Shown piece after piece: positions 27,671 through 37,523 of a stretch of DNA of 64,000 nt. The translations under genes and the position numbers were made by a program. The stretch comes from an uncultured delta proteobacterium. Lineage in GTDB: Bacteria > Desulfobacterota > Desulfuromonadia > Geobacterales > Pseudopelobacteraceae. The notes below the pieces were generated by a model. The model was not told where the DNA came from. It saw nothing but the letters and a program-made list of their open reading frames with translations, and searched no databases. Each line of letters begins with the position of its first letter. Position 1 is the stretch's first letter. Location: the NCBI GenBank assembly GCA_963772835.1, contig CAVYYZ010000024.1, positions 1-64,000 of the forward strand, written 5' to 3'.

Positions 27671-29695
27671 GTGGCACAGGTCGTTTTTTCCACATGGGGC
27701 GGAAATACCGTCGATAACAGAAATCAATCGGGTGAAGCGCAGCCGGTTTCGTTCAAGCTTCCGGTAGCCTTCGATGGTGAGCGCCCGTTGCGTGCGTTTA
27801 TGGGCTGGGACGGAATCATCCTGTTCGACAAATACGTTGATGTGCCGGCGATGACCGCCGAATACATGAAGCGTGTACAGACGCTGTACTGCTGCGGTCG
27901 CTGCACACCGGGCAAAAAAGGCACAAAGGTTCTGATGGACCTGTTCCAGAACGTGCTGGCCGGCAAGGCCACCGAGTCCGATCTGGATACGGTGGGCGAC
28001 CTGGCTGAATTGCTGAAAAACTGTAAGTGTACCCTTTGTCAGAGCGCTACGGTACCGGTATTTGATGCGGTTACCCACTATCGCGCCGATTTTCTGGCCT
28101 ACATCAACAGCGCCTGCGGACCGAATACAGAGAAAGCAGAATTTATCCACAAGATCACCGCTCCCTGTATGGACAAATGTCCCTCTCACATCGATATTCC
28201 CAAGTACATAGAAGAAATAAAGAATTACCAGTACAGCGAGGCGCTCGCCACCATCCGCGAAAACATGCCGATGCCGGCTGTGTGCGGCCGGGTCTGCCCG
28301 CATCCCTGCGAAACCGCCTGCCGCCGCAAGAACGTGGACGATGCCATCAATATCATGGTGCTGAAGCGTACCGCGTCGGACTACGAGTGGCAGCACAATC
28401 TTACCCCGCCGATGCAGCCAAAACCGGCGAAAAACAAGACGGTTGCCATCGTCGGCGCCGGTCCTGCCGGCCTGGCCTGCGCCTACTATCTGGGGTTGGA
28501 AGGGTACAAATCAACCATTTTTGAGGCATTGCCTGAAGGGTACGGTGGCGGCATGATTGCGGTCGGCATTCCGGCCTACCGGATGCCGCGCCACGTTCTC
28601 CAGCGGGATGTGGACATCATCGAATCGGTCGGCTCAGAGATCAAATACAACATGCGCGTCGGTAAAGATATCTCCCTGCAGGAGTTGAAACAGCAGTACG
28701 ACGCCGTGTTTCTGGCGCCCGGTGCACACCGTTCCAAGCCGATGGGTGTCGAGGGAGAAGACAAGGGGTACAAAGGTTTTCTTTCCGGCGGTATTGATTT
28801 CCTTCGTGAGGCATATCTGGGGAATCATACCGGCATGGGCAAAAAGGTCTGCGTGGTCGGCGGCGGCAATACTGCCATCGACTGTGTGCGGGTCGCCCTT
28901 CGTGAAGGCGCCGAAGAGTCCATCCTGCTGTACCGCCGCTCCCGCAAGGAAATGCCGGCTGATGTGTGGGAGGTTGACGGTGCTGATGAAGAAGGCGTCC
29001 GCTTTGAATTCCAGGTCCTCCCGACCAGGGTCGTCGTGGATGCCACTGATCAGGTAACCGGCGTCGAATGTGTCCGCATGGCCATGGGCGAACCGGATGC
29101 CTCGGGTCGCCGTCGTCCCGAACCGGTTCCCGGCAGCGAATTCATCGTCGAGTGTGATACCATCATCCCGGCCATCGGCCAGGATCCGGATCTCGGTTTC
29201 ATCCCGCCGGATATGGGTATCGACATCACCAAGTGGAATACGGTCGTCACCAAATACCTGCCGCTGAAGGATGCCGCCGGTAAAGATCTGAAGGACGGTA
29301 TGGGCAACATGCTCTCCCGTTCGCTGATCACCGATTGCGACGGCGTATTTGCCGGCGGTGATGCCGAAATCGGGCCGTTGACGGTTGTGGCCTGCATCGG
29401 CAATGCCCACCGTGCGGCTCTGGTCATCCAGCGCTGGCTGGAAGAAGGCAAGGCTTATCTTTCCGAACAGGATATCTTTGACGACCTGCTGACGTATCTG
29501 GGGGTCTATGACAAGGGAGAGCAGGTGCCCTGGCTCGACTCAAGTGACCGTGCCAACCAGAAAGAGGTTCATGGCCGGGAGCGTGCCGCCAAGGGCAACT
29601 ACCGTGAAGTTGAACTCGGGTTCAGCGACACCACTGCGCAGATTGAGGCTGACCGGTGTCTGAGATGCTACCGAATGGCCATGGTCGCACTGTAG
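27671..29695 (+). CDS. sfrB: NADPH oxidoreductase beta subunit (GltD-like)
   Basis: GTG after GGAGG. MAQVVFSTWG...FMGWDG...YCCGRCTPG, CGRVCPHPCE..C, GAGPAG, GGGNTAID. Confidence 0.9.
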   Translation: MAQVVFSTWGGNTVDNRNQSGEAQPVSFKLPVAFDGERPLRAFMGWDGIILFDKYVDVPAMTAEYMKRVQTLYCCGRCTPGKKGTKVLMDLFQNVLAGKATESDLDTVGDLAELLKNCKCTLCQSATVPVFDAVTHYRADFLAYINSACGPNTEKAEFIHKITAPCMDKCPSHIDIPKYIEEIKNYQYSEALATIRENMPMPAVCGRVCPHPCETACRRKNVDDAINIMVLKRTASDYEWQHNLTPPMQPKPAKNKTVAIVGAGPAGLACAYYLGLEGYKSTIFEALPEGYGGGMIAVGIPAYRMPRHVLQRDVDIIESVGSEIKYNMRVGKDISLQELKQQYDAVFLAPGAHRSKPMGVEGEDKGYKGFLSGGIDFLREAYLGNHTGMGKKVCVVGGGNTAIDCVRVALREGAEESILLYRRSRKEMPADVWEVDGADEEGVRFEFQVLPTRVVVDATDQVTGVECVRMAMGEPDASGRRRPEPVPGSEFIVECDTIIPAIGQDPDLGFIPPDMGIDITKWNTVVTKYLPLKDAAGKDLKDGMGNMLSRSLITDCDGVFAGGDAEIGPLTVVACIGNAHRAALVIQRWLEEGKAYLSEQDIFDDLLTYLGVYDKGEQVPWLDSSDRANQKEVHGRERAAKGNYREVELGFSDTTAQIEADRCLRCYRMAMVAL

Positions 29696-29818
29696 GAAAA
29701 CGGCTCTTTTCCGCCCTGAGCCCGCCTTTCATCGGAATGCCTTGTGCGGCGTACCCAGTGGTACGCCTCCGCGCCATTCCTCGAAAGCCGAACCCAGAAC
29801 GAAAAACTCCTCGTTTTC
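29696..29818. repeat. ~120-nt nested imperfect hairpin between sfrB and sfrA
   Basis: Paired blocks gaaaacg/cgttttc, ctttc/gaaag, ggaatg/cattcc; apical cgtacc-cagt-ggtacg. Confidence 0.65.
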
Positions 29819-29861
29819 TGTAATCAATAACAAAATCAATTACGTATATGGGAAGCGAACT

Positions 29862-32462
29862 ATGGCACACACAGAGTCCAGCGACAAGAAAACGACGGCA
29901 ACACTGACCATCGACGGCACACAGGTAACGGTGCCTGTCGGTGCCACCATCCTGGAGGCTGCAGCCGGATTGGGAATCAAAATTCCAACCCTCTGCTGGC
30001 TGAAGAAAGTATCCACAACCGGTGCATGCCGGATATGTGTGGTCAAGGTTGAAGGTGTTGAGCGTTTTATGACCGCCTGCAACACTCCGGTCAAGGACGG
30101 TATTTCGGTCATTACAACGTCACCGGAGCTGGAGACAGCACGCAAAAAAACGCTGGAGCTGATGCTGGTCAACCATCCGTTGGACTGCCCGGTCTGTGAT
30201 GCCGCCGGAGAGTGTGACCTTCAGGACACCTGCTACTCCCTCAAAGTCGATAAAAACAACTACGGCGCCGATTTGAAGCGCCTCCCGATCCGTTATGACT
30301 GGAAACTGCTGGAGAGTGACCCGAACCGCTGTATCCTCTGTGAAAAATGCGTCAAGGTCTGCCGTGAAGTGGTGGGTCGCGAAGCGATCGAGGTAGTCGA
30401 CCGTGGTGATGATACGATTATCGACACTAAAACCGGTCTGCCGCTTGATTGCGATTTCTGCGGCAACTGCATCGGCGCCTGCCCGACCGGGACACTCATC
30501 AGCAAGCCGTTCAAATTCCGTGGTCGTCCCTGGAGCTTTGAAGTCACCAAAAGTGTCTGTGCATTTTGCTCCTCCGGCTGCGAGATCGAATACCATGCCT
30601 TGAATGGCAGTGTGGAACGTGTTACCAGTTCTGATGACGGCTACAACAAAGGGAATCTCTGCATCAACGGCCGCTTCGGCTATGCGGCCTTCAACTCTCC
30701 GGATCGGATACCATCACCGTTGATGAAAGACGGCTCCGGTAAACTGACAAAGGCTTCCTGGGATCAAGCTCTCGGAGCTGCAGCCGCAGGGTTCGCGGGC
30801 ATAGCCTCTGCTTCGGGCGGGGCTGCCATTGCCGGTATCGGTTCTCCTCGGGTGACCAACGAAGAAAGTTACCTTTTCCAGAAGTTTCTGCGCGGAGCAC
30901 TGGGGAGCAACAATATCGACTCCGAGGCCCGTCTCGGCTATCTCCCGTCGCAGGTAATCCAGTGGGAAATGCTCGGCTACAGTGGCGGCACATCCGGTAT
31001 GGAAGCAATCGAAAAGGCTACTGCAATTATTGTGATCGGATCAGATCTCAAGGCGGAATCTGCCGGCTTCGCTTACCGCGTTATTCAGGCCGCCACGAAA
31101 AATGACGCCAAACTGGTGCTGGCAGGAAGCCGTGTCAGCTCGATGAACAAATATGCCAACGCGTTTCTGCAGTGCCGTCCGGGCAGCGAGGCCTGGCTGG
31201 TTGCCGGTATTAACAAGGCCGTGCTGGCTGAAGGGCTTGCATCAGCAGGAAACGAGCCAGGGCTGGAAGGGCTGAAATTATCACTTGATGCCCTTTCATT
31301 TGAGCGCATCACCGGACTTTCAGGTGTCTCCGAAGCAGAGCTTCGTGAAGCCGCTGCTATGATCTGTTCCGGCGGGCGTACCGCAGTCATCTACGGTGCT
31401 GATGTCATCCGCAGTGCCGACAGCAGAAACGCTGTCACCGGCACGGTAAATCTTGCACTGCTGACCGGTGCCGTTACTGCCGCCGGCGCCGGGATTTATC
31501 CACTCGATGAAAAAAACAATACTCAGGGGATGCTGGATATGGGGGTCTGTCCCGAATACCTCCCCGGCTACCATACCTATGAACACATGGCCGCCACGTT
31601 TGGTGGCGCCTGGAACGCTACGCTTACCACTACCCCGGGCAGGGACCTGTTCCAGATCGTGGAGGGCATCGAGAAGGGCGAGATCAAAGCCCTGTACGTC
31701 ATGGGGAGTGATCCGCTTCATTTCATGCCGAACCGTACCCGTCTGCTGACCGCCCTGCAAAAACTTGAACTGCTGGTTGTTCAGGATCTGTTCCTGACCG
31801 ATACCGCCATGCTGGCGCACGTGGTTCTGCCGGCTGCAGCCGGTGCCGAAAAGACCGGATCGTTTACTGCGATCGACAACCGGGTGCAATGCTTCACTGC
31901 TGCCGTCAAACCGCCCGGAAATTCCCGGACTGATGCCGATATTCTGAACGCACTGCACCGCCTGGTTGCTCCGAAAGCCGCTGCCGCCAGTCAGACGAAC
32001 GATGCCCTGCATCACGAAATAACGTCATTGACCGGTCTCTACAATGAAGTCTGCGACCATGATGGCTGCCGGATGGGGCGGACTAAGAACCGGACAACTT
32101 CATTCGTCTGCATGCCGCTGGCCCCGCTTGCTCTGCCGGCGGCCTCCCGGCCGTTTGCCCTGACGATCGGTCCGGTGCTGCATCATAACGGCTCGATGAC
32201 TACCAGGTCGGAAAACAATCTGCTGGCGGCTGGTGAAGCGTACGTTGAGCTTTCCCGCGAAGATGCCGCCTCTCTCGGTATCACTGCCGGAACGGTACTG
32301 ACGATCACGTCTGATACGGGGACTGTCTCGTTGAAAACGCGACTGTCAGATCAGCTCCCGCAGGGTACACTGTTCGTCCCGGCGCATTTCAGGGATGCAG
32401 CGGTAACAAGTCTCACCGGCTCCGCGTCATTTCCGCAGTATGTTTCGCTTTCAAAAGCCTGA
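29862..32462 (+). CDS. sfrA: NADPH oxidoreductase alpha subunit (NuoG/molybdopterin oxidoreductase-like)
   Basis: IPTLC...GACRIC, HPLDCPVCD.AGEC.LQD, CILCEKC..C, CDFCGNC...CP, CAFCSSGC...LC..GRFG. Confidence 0.9.
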   Translation: MAHTESSDKKTTATLTIDGTQVTVPVGATILEAAAGLGIKIPTLCWLKKVSTTGACRICVVKVEGVERFMTACNTPVKDGISVITTSPELETARKKTLELMLVNHPLDCPVCDAAGECDLQDTCYSLKVDKNNYGADLKRLPIRYDWKLLESDPNRCILCEKCVKVCREVVGREAIEVVDRGDDTIIDTKTGLPLDCDFCGNCIGACPTGTLISKPFKFRGRPWSFEVTKSVCAFCSSGCEIEYHALNGSVERVTSSDDGYNKGNLCINGRFGYAAFNSPDRIPSPLMKDGSGKLTKASWDQALGAAAAGFAGIASASGGAAIAGIGSPRVTNEESYLFQKFLRGALGSNNIDSEARLGYLPSQVIQWEMLGYSGGTSGMEAIEKATAIIVIGSDLKAESAGFAYRVIQAATKNDAKLVLAGSRVSSMNKYANAFLQCRPGSEAWLVAGINKAVLAEGLASAGNEPGLEGLKLSLDALSFERITGLSGVSEAELREAAAMICSGGRTAVIYGADVIRSADSRNAVTGTVNLALLTGAVTAAGAGIYPLDEKNNTQGMLDMGVCPEYLPGYHTYEHMAATFGGAWNATLTTTPGRDLFQIVEGIEKGEIKALYVMGSDPLHFMPNRTRLLTALQKLELLVVQDLFLTDTAMLAHVVLPAAAGAEKTGSFTAIDNRVQCFTAAVKPPGNSRTDADILNALHRLVAPKAAAASQTNDALHHEITSLTGLYNEVCDHDGCRMGRTKNRTTSFVCMPLAPLALPAASRPFALTIGPVLHHNGSMTTRSENNLLAAGEAYVELSREDAASLGITAGTVLTITSDTGTVSLKTRLSDQLPQGTLFVPAHFRDAAVTSLTGSASFPQYVSLSKA

Positions 32463-32494
32463 GAAGCATGTCCGGTATTCCGAATATGAACACA

Positions 32495-32525
32495 CAAACG
32501 CCGCTCCTGCGGCGTTTGCATTTTG
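32495..32525 (+). terminator. Probable terminator after sfrA
   Basis: caaacgccgc-tcct-gcggcgtttg followed by cattttg. Confidence 0.55.
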
Positions 32526-32556
32526 CACACCCTGCCATGTCTCCTACTGCTACCCG

Positions 32557-34242
32557 ATGAGCCGCGACATCCGACAACGCCACAAAGTTTTGCTCCAGGC
32601 GGAGACTCATCTTCACGCATACGGACGGGTGGGAGACCTTTCTGTGTGTCTCGTTTCTCCGAGCCGCTATCAGACCGGCATGAGCAGTCTGGGCTTTCAG
32701 ACGGCCTATGCGCTGCTCGCCGGGTCAGCCGGCATCCGCTGTGAACGGGCTTTCCTTCCCGATCGTGAGGAGTTGGAAGAGTATCGCCGCAGCGGCACGC
32801 CACTGCTCTCGCTTGAATCTTCAACCTCTCTGGCTGATTTCGATGTGATCGCCTTTTCTACCTCGTTCGAGCCGGACTACCTGAATATCCCCCTGATTCT
32901 CACTCTGGCCCGTATTCCGCACTATTCAAACGAGCGAAGCCAATCAGACCCGCTTATCATCGCCGGCGGTGCCGCCTTCTTCATAAACCCCGAACCGGTT
33001 GCCGATTTCATCGATGCCATCTGTATCGGTGAAGGCGAGAACGTCATTCCCGGCATTGTCTCCACCCTGCTCTCTCCCATTGATAACGGCAGGCCCGGTC
33101 TGCTGCAGGCTCTGTCTGCAATTCCCGGCGTGTACGTTCCTGCCCGGTATCATCCCCGGTACCGTGACGACATTCTGGCCGGATACGATGTTGAAGCGGG
33201 AGCACCGCTGCCGGTCGTGCGCGTGCCGGTCTGTCTGGAACAGCATGAACCCTCATCCTCACAGATACTGACCGAACATACCGAGTTTGGGGAGATGTTT
33301 CTGGTAGAGGTAAGCCGTGGCTGTCCGCGTGGCTGCCGTTTCTGCAGTTCCGGATTTATCTATGGTGCCTTTCGTCAGCAGCCGTTCGAGAACATCGCTG
33401 CCCTGGTCGACCAGGGTCTCGCCTATCGCAGCAAAGTAGGACTGGTCGGTGCCGCTGTGTCGGATTATGCCGAAATCGGCCGGCTCTGCCGCTATATCGT
33501 CGAAAAGGGAGCCAAGGTATCGGTTTCATCATTGCGTATCGACCGGATTGATACTGACATGCTGGATGCCTTGATTGCCAGCGGTCACAAAACGATCTCG
33601 CTGGCTCCGGAGGGCGGGTCTCAACGGATGCGAGACACCATTCGAAAGAACCTGACCGAGGCGCAGATTCTTGAAGCCTGCGAAATGCTGATCCAGCGCG
33701 ACATACTCAACCTGAAGCTCTATTTCATCATCGGCCTGCCGGGTGAAGAAGATGCGGACCTTGATGAGCTGGTCCGGCTGGTCGGTACCATCAGAGAGCG
33801 GGTCATCGAGCGGGGGCGGGCCAACAAACGGCTGGGAGAAATCTCCGTATCGGTCAACCCCTTTATACCCAAGCCGTTTACCCCCTTTCAGTGGTGCGGA
33901 ATGGAGCCGCTCTCATCATTGGAGCGTAAGGTCAAACTCCTGGAGTCCAGCCTGCGTCGACTGTCAAATGTCAAGCTGAAGGTCGAAAGCCTGCGGGAAT
34001 CTTATCTGCAAGCACTTCTGTCGCGCGGAGATCGGCGCCTTTCGCCTCTGCTGATCGACATGGCCGGGGGAGCTAACCTTAAAAAGGCCGCGAAATCATG
34101 CGGCATAGATACGGCCCGGTATGTGGAACGTACGATCGCCGGAGATGAGCTTCTCCCGTGGAGCATAATCGGCACTGCGGAGAACGCTCTGTTGCGGCGC
34201 GAATATGAGCGGGCGCTAGCGGGGAAGGGTGAAGGACTTTGA
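32557..34242 (+). CDS. Radical SAM protein (TIGR03960-like paralog)
   Basis: Y..GMSSLG, EVSRGCPRGCRFC, LAPEGGS.RMR, LKLYFIIGLPGE, FIPKPFTPFQW. Confidence 0.9.
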   Translation: MSRDIRQRHKVLLQAETHLHAYGRVGDLSVCLVSPSRYQTGMSSLGFQTAYALLAGSAGIRCERAFLPDREELEEYRRSGTPLLSLESSTSLADFDVIAFSTSFEPDYLNIPLILTLARIPHYSNERSQSDPLIIAGGAAFFINPEPVADFIDAICIGEGENVIPGIVSTLLSPIDNGRPGLLQALSAIPGVYVPARYHPRYRDDILAGYDVEAGAPLPVVRVPVCLEQHEPSSSQILTEHTEFGEMFLVEVSRGCPRGCRFCSSGFIYGAFRQQPFENIAALVDQGLAYRSKVGLVGAAVSDYAEIGRLCRYIVEKGAKVSVSSLRIDRIDTDMLDALIASGHKTISLAPEGGSQRMRDTIRKNLTEAQILEACEMLIQRDILNLKLYFIIGLPGEEDADLDELVRLVGTIRERVIERGRANKRLGEISVSVNPFIPKPFTPFQWCGMEPLSSLERKVKLLESSLRRLSNVKLKVESLRESYLQALLSRGDRRLSPLLIDMAGGANLKKAAKSCGIDTARYVERTIAGDELLPWSIIGTAENALLRREYERALAGKGEGL

Positions 34243-34418
34243 AAACCTGCACGATGTGCAAAAAAGAGTATGACGAGAACGCAGCATTGTCCGGTTATGC
34301 CGAAGCGGGCGAATGGCTGGCCGGTGAGGTGTGGCAGGATGCCGGAGAGTTATGCCCGCTCTGTCTCGAGAACCGGGCGCGGCTGGTGATGATGTACGGG
34401 CATGAAATAAATTCATGA
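34239..34418 (+). CDS. 59-aa CxxC...CxxC protein (absent from ORF track)
   Basis: TTG overlapping the radical SAM stop. MKTCTMCKKEYDE...AGELCPLCLENRARLVMMYGHEINS*. Confidence 0.7.
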   Translation: MKTCTMCKKEYDENAALSGYAEAGEWLAGEVWQDAGELCPLCLENRARLVMMYGHEINS

Positions 34419-34661
34419 GTACAACAGCTAATTTCAGCTCGTGATTATTCAACACATACACGTATTGATTATGTTGTATTCAATCTGCCCTGTTTCATCG
34501 TTCGAACGGCAAAAAAAGTCTGATATTATTGATTAAATTGCATTTTTTATGCTGTCTACCACTTCTCTAAAATGTCCCCGGAGATGTTTCTGCCCGGCGT
34601 GCCGTCTCTAACAACCATTCAATGTCTCTAAATTCTCGGCGATTCACCCTGCCATTTAACA

Positions 34662-36833
34662 CTAATTTTTACTTTCCAGCACTTCACGGACTTTGGTCGA
34701 TAACTGATGTAAGTTGAACGGTTTCTGGATAAAATATACACCATCGTCGAGTACGCCGTGGTGCCCGATGACATCGGCCGTGTATCCTGACATGAACAGG
34801 CACTTGAGTTGCGGGTAAATGTTCTGGATTTTTTTTGCAAGGTCCCGCCCGTTCATTTCGGGCATGATCACATCGGTGATAAGCAGGGGGATTTCACACG
34901 CGTGTTTCTGTACAAGGCTGATGGCCTCATGTGGCGAGTTGGTCGCGAGCACGGTATATCCAAGTTCTGTAAGAATTATCGTAAGTAAGTTCAGAATGGC
35001 CGGTTCGTCTTCCACCAACAGGATCGTCTCCTCCAGACCACGCAGGCCCGGTTCTGCAGCCTCTTCAGCCTGAACCTGTTCTGTGTCGCCACCATCTCTC
35101 GGTAGGTAGATGGTGAACCGGGATCCCGAACCCTGTGTGCTGATAACGTCGATGAAGCCATTGTTCTGCTTGACGGCGCCAAAAACCGTGGCCAGTCCAA
35201 GCCCGGTGCCTTCACCGATCCCTTTGGTCGTGAAGAAAGGCTCAAAAAGGTGAATCATAGTTTCTTTGTCTATGCCGCAGCCATCGTCGCTCACCGATAG
35301 TGTCACGTACGCTCCCGGTTTTGCCTCCGGGTGATGAGCATAATGATTCTCGTTAATGATTCTATTTTCAGTCTCAATCGTTATCATGCCGATGTCGGAA
35401 ATGGCATCTCTGGCGTTTACGCAGAGGTTGGCGAGAATCTGGTCGATCTGGGAGCGGTCCATTTTAACCGGCCAGAGATTTTCTGCCGGAAGCCATGCGA
35501 GCTGTATACCCTCACCGATAATTCGCTGCAGCATACTGAGCATGCCGGTCACAGTCTCATTCAGATCCAGTACTTTGGGAACAATGGTCTGCTTACGGGC
35601 AAAGGACAGTAACTGGCGAGTAAGGTCGGCGGACCTTTCCGCTGCATGTAAAATTTCCTCCAGATTGGCTTGGAGAGGGTGATCAGAATCAGTCTTCATA
35701 AGGGCCAGGTGTGCATGTCCGAGGATAACTCCCAGCATATTATTGAAGTCGTGCGCAATCCCGCCGGCCAGTTGACCGATTGAATCAAGTTTTTGAGCCT
35801 GGTGCAGCTGATCTTTCAGCAGTTCTCGGTCTTCTTCGGCTTTCCTGAATTCGGTAACATCCCGAATCGATTCGATCGCGCCAATGGCACTTCCGTCCTG
35901 ACCAAACAGCGGCGAGGCGGTAAACCAGTGGTGGCGCATACTGGCATCGCGATCCTGCTTGACGACCCTCTCCGCGATCAGCGAATCGCCACGTTTTTTA
36001 ACGGTATCATATAACTTGAGAACAGTTTCAAGATCGTCACCAATCATATCGATCAGAAACGGACGCTTTTCACCGTAAAAAGGTATTGAATACGCGTAAT
36101 CTCCTTTGCCGAGCATCTCTGCTTCAGAAATTCCGCTCAACTCTACCATCGCCTTGTTCCAGGCGATGACGCGATGTTCCTGATCAATGACGAAGGTCGC
36201 GTCCGGCAGGAAGTCTATGATTCCCTGCTGCAGCCTGGTCTGGGATGTCAGCTCCTGCTCCTTGACCTGCAGGCGGTTGAGCGCTGCCTGTACCGCTTCA
36301 ACCTGATTATTGATCAATGCACCCAACATTGCTATCAGTTCAATCGGTGATGCTGTGCTGGCTCTGGTCTCCAGGTCGCCGTTTGCCAGCTTCAATAACG
36401 TATCATAATGCTCACACAGCCCGATGGCGACCTCGTGGCTTTCATCGATCTGTTCCTTCATAAAATCGGCCATCCGGTTCAGTAGCGGCGCCAATTCCCG
36501 GAAGAAGCCGGCAACTTCCGGCACAACAATCCGCGCATCCGGGTCTCCGAGCGAGAGGCGCTCCAGCATTTTACGCACTTCTGCATACTCGCAATTCCGC
36601 GCGGCGGTTGACTCTGTCGTACATGCAGCCAGTTTGGAAAAAAGTGCACGGTCTGCATGGTGGTGAAACAGATCACAGTCAAAACAGAGAGGATAGAGCT
36701 GCAGAGGATCTTCGGGAGGGTCGCCGGCACAGCGTGCCAACGGAAGGTAAATTGTGATTTTTTCGGAGAGTTCACGTGTCAAAATGCAGCGGTTTCCGAG
36801 CAGATTCATATCTGTCATACACTCATCTCCCAC
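34662..36833 (-). CDS. Soluble hybrid histidine kinase (Cys-rich N-term, two HAMP-like repeats, PAS, HisKA, HATPase, REC); start may be 36818
   Basis: LAGGIAHDFNN, NLCVNARDA, GTGLGL, LITDVIMP, KPF; no TM segment evident. Confidence 0.92.
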   Translation of the reverse strand: MGDECMTDMNLLGNRCILTRELSEKITIYLPLARCAGDPPEDPLQLYPLCFDCDLFHHHADRALFSKLAACTTESTAARNCEYAEVRKMLERLSLGDPDARIVVPEVAGFFRELAPLLNRMADFMKEQIDESHEVAIGLCEHYDTLLKLANGDLETRASTASPIELIAMLGALINNQVEAVQAALNRLQVKEQELTSQTRLQQGIIDFLPDATFVIDQEHRVIAWNKAMVELSGISEAEMLGKGDYAYSIPFYGEKRPFLIDMIGDDLETVLKLYDTVKKRGDSLIAERVVKQDRDASMRHHWFTASPLFGQDGSAIGAIESIRDVTEFRKAEEDRELLKDQLHQAQKLDSIGQLAGGIAHDFNNMLGVILGHAHLALMKTDSDHPLQANLEEILHAAERSADLTRQLLSFARKQTIVPKVLDLNETVTGMLSMLQRIIGEGIQLAWLPAENLWPVKMDRSQIDQILANLCVNARDAISDIGMITIETENRIINENHYAHHPEAKPGAYVTLSVSDDGCGIDKETMIHLFEPFFTTKGIGEGTGLGLATVFGAVKQNNGFIDVISTQGSGSRFTIYLPRDGGDTEQVQAEEAAEPGLRGLEETILLVEDEPAILNLLTIILTELGYTVLATNSPHEAISLVQKHACEIPLLITDVIMPEMNGRDLAKKIQNIYPQLKCLFMSGYTADVIGHHGVLDDGVYFIQKPFNLHQLSTKVREVLESKN

Positions 36834-36835
36834 TA

Positions 36836-37072
36836 CTAGAAACGGATCAGGGCGTGTTTGCGGTTATCGCTTTCGTCGCGCATAAGCAGCAGTGTCTTTT
36901 TTAAACGGGAGCACCAGACGGTAACATCATTTCTAAAAGTCGGGCAATCTCCGATTATCTCCAGAATTTCGCCAGATTTCATTTCCGGAGAAATTGCAGA
37001 GAGTTTCAATATCGGTTGCGGGCATTTAAGGCCGGTGGCATCGAGTATCCGCTGCGGTTGTGGAAGTGACAT
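36836..37072 (-). CDS. TusA/SirA-family sulfur carrier
   Basis: LDATGLKCPQP motif, GE.LEI..D. Confidence 0.88.
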   Translation of the reverse strand: MSLPQPQRILDATGLKCPQPILKLSAISPEMKSGEILEIIGDCPTFRNDVTVWCSRLKKTLLLMRDESDNRKHALIRF

Positions 37073-37461
37073 GGGCGATTCTCCGGTAAAATATAATTTA
37101 TCCCATTTCCTGATTTAACCGTCTGATTATATGATAGTAACATTCAGCTTAAAGGCTGGATTGTCGCCATACACTGAATCATAACGTCAAGAGGGCAAGA
37201 GGCGATCAATGCGATACAAAACCGCTTGTTACGATTGGTAAAGCACATGGAGGTAGTCGAGTGCATCGCTTGAATCAAAGCTCCATTTTTTAGAAATGGC
37301 GTTTGAATATTTGAATTGTACACGATTTCAGTGGAAAATCATCATTTTAATTAAAATGCCGATAATTTCATAACTGCCCCTCATCGTCTGATCGCACAAC
37401 AGTGGATCTAAACTTTTAAGGAGGTTCGTTAGTCAACTGCATGGTGATGACAATGCGGAAT

Positions 37462-37496
37462 AAAAAAGAGGCGAGCTCAATGCCCGCCTCTTTTTT
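37462..37496. terminator. Bidirectional intrinsic terminator after fprA
   Basis: aaaaaagaggcg ... cgcctctttttt. Confidence 0.85.
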
Positions 37497-37523
37497 GTGC
37501 GCAATTTAATACCTGAATAAAAA

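Noticed and set aside
27644..28396. Long antisense ORFs over sfrB (likewise 52705-53598 over polB, 20171-20917, 2432-3178)
   Set aside because: Shadows of well-supported genes, expected from biased codon usage.
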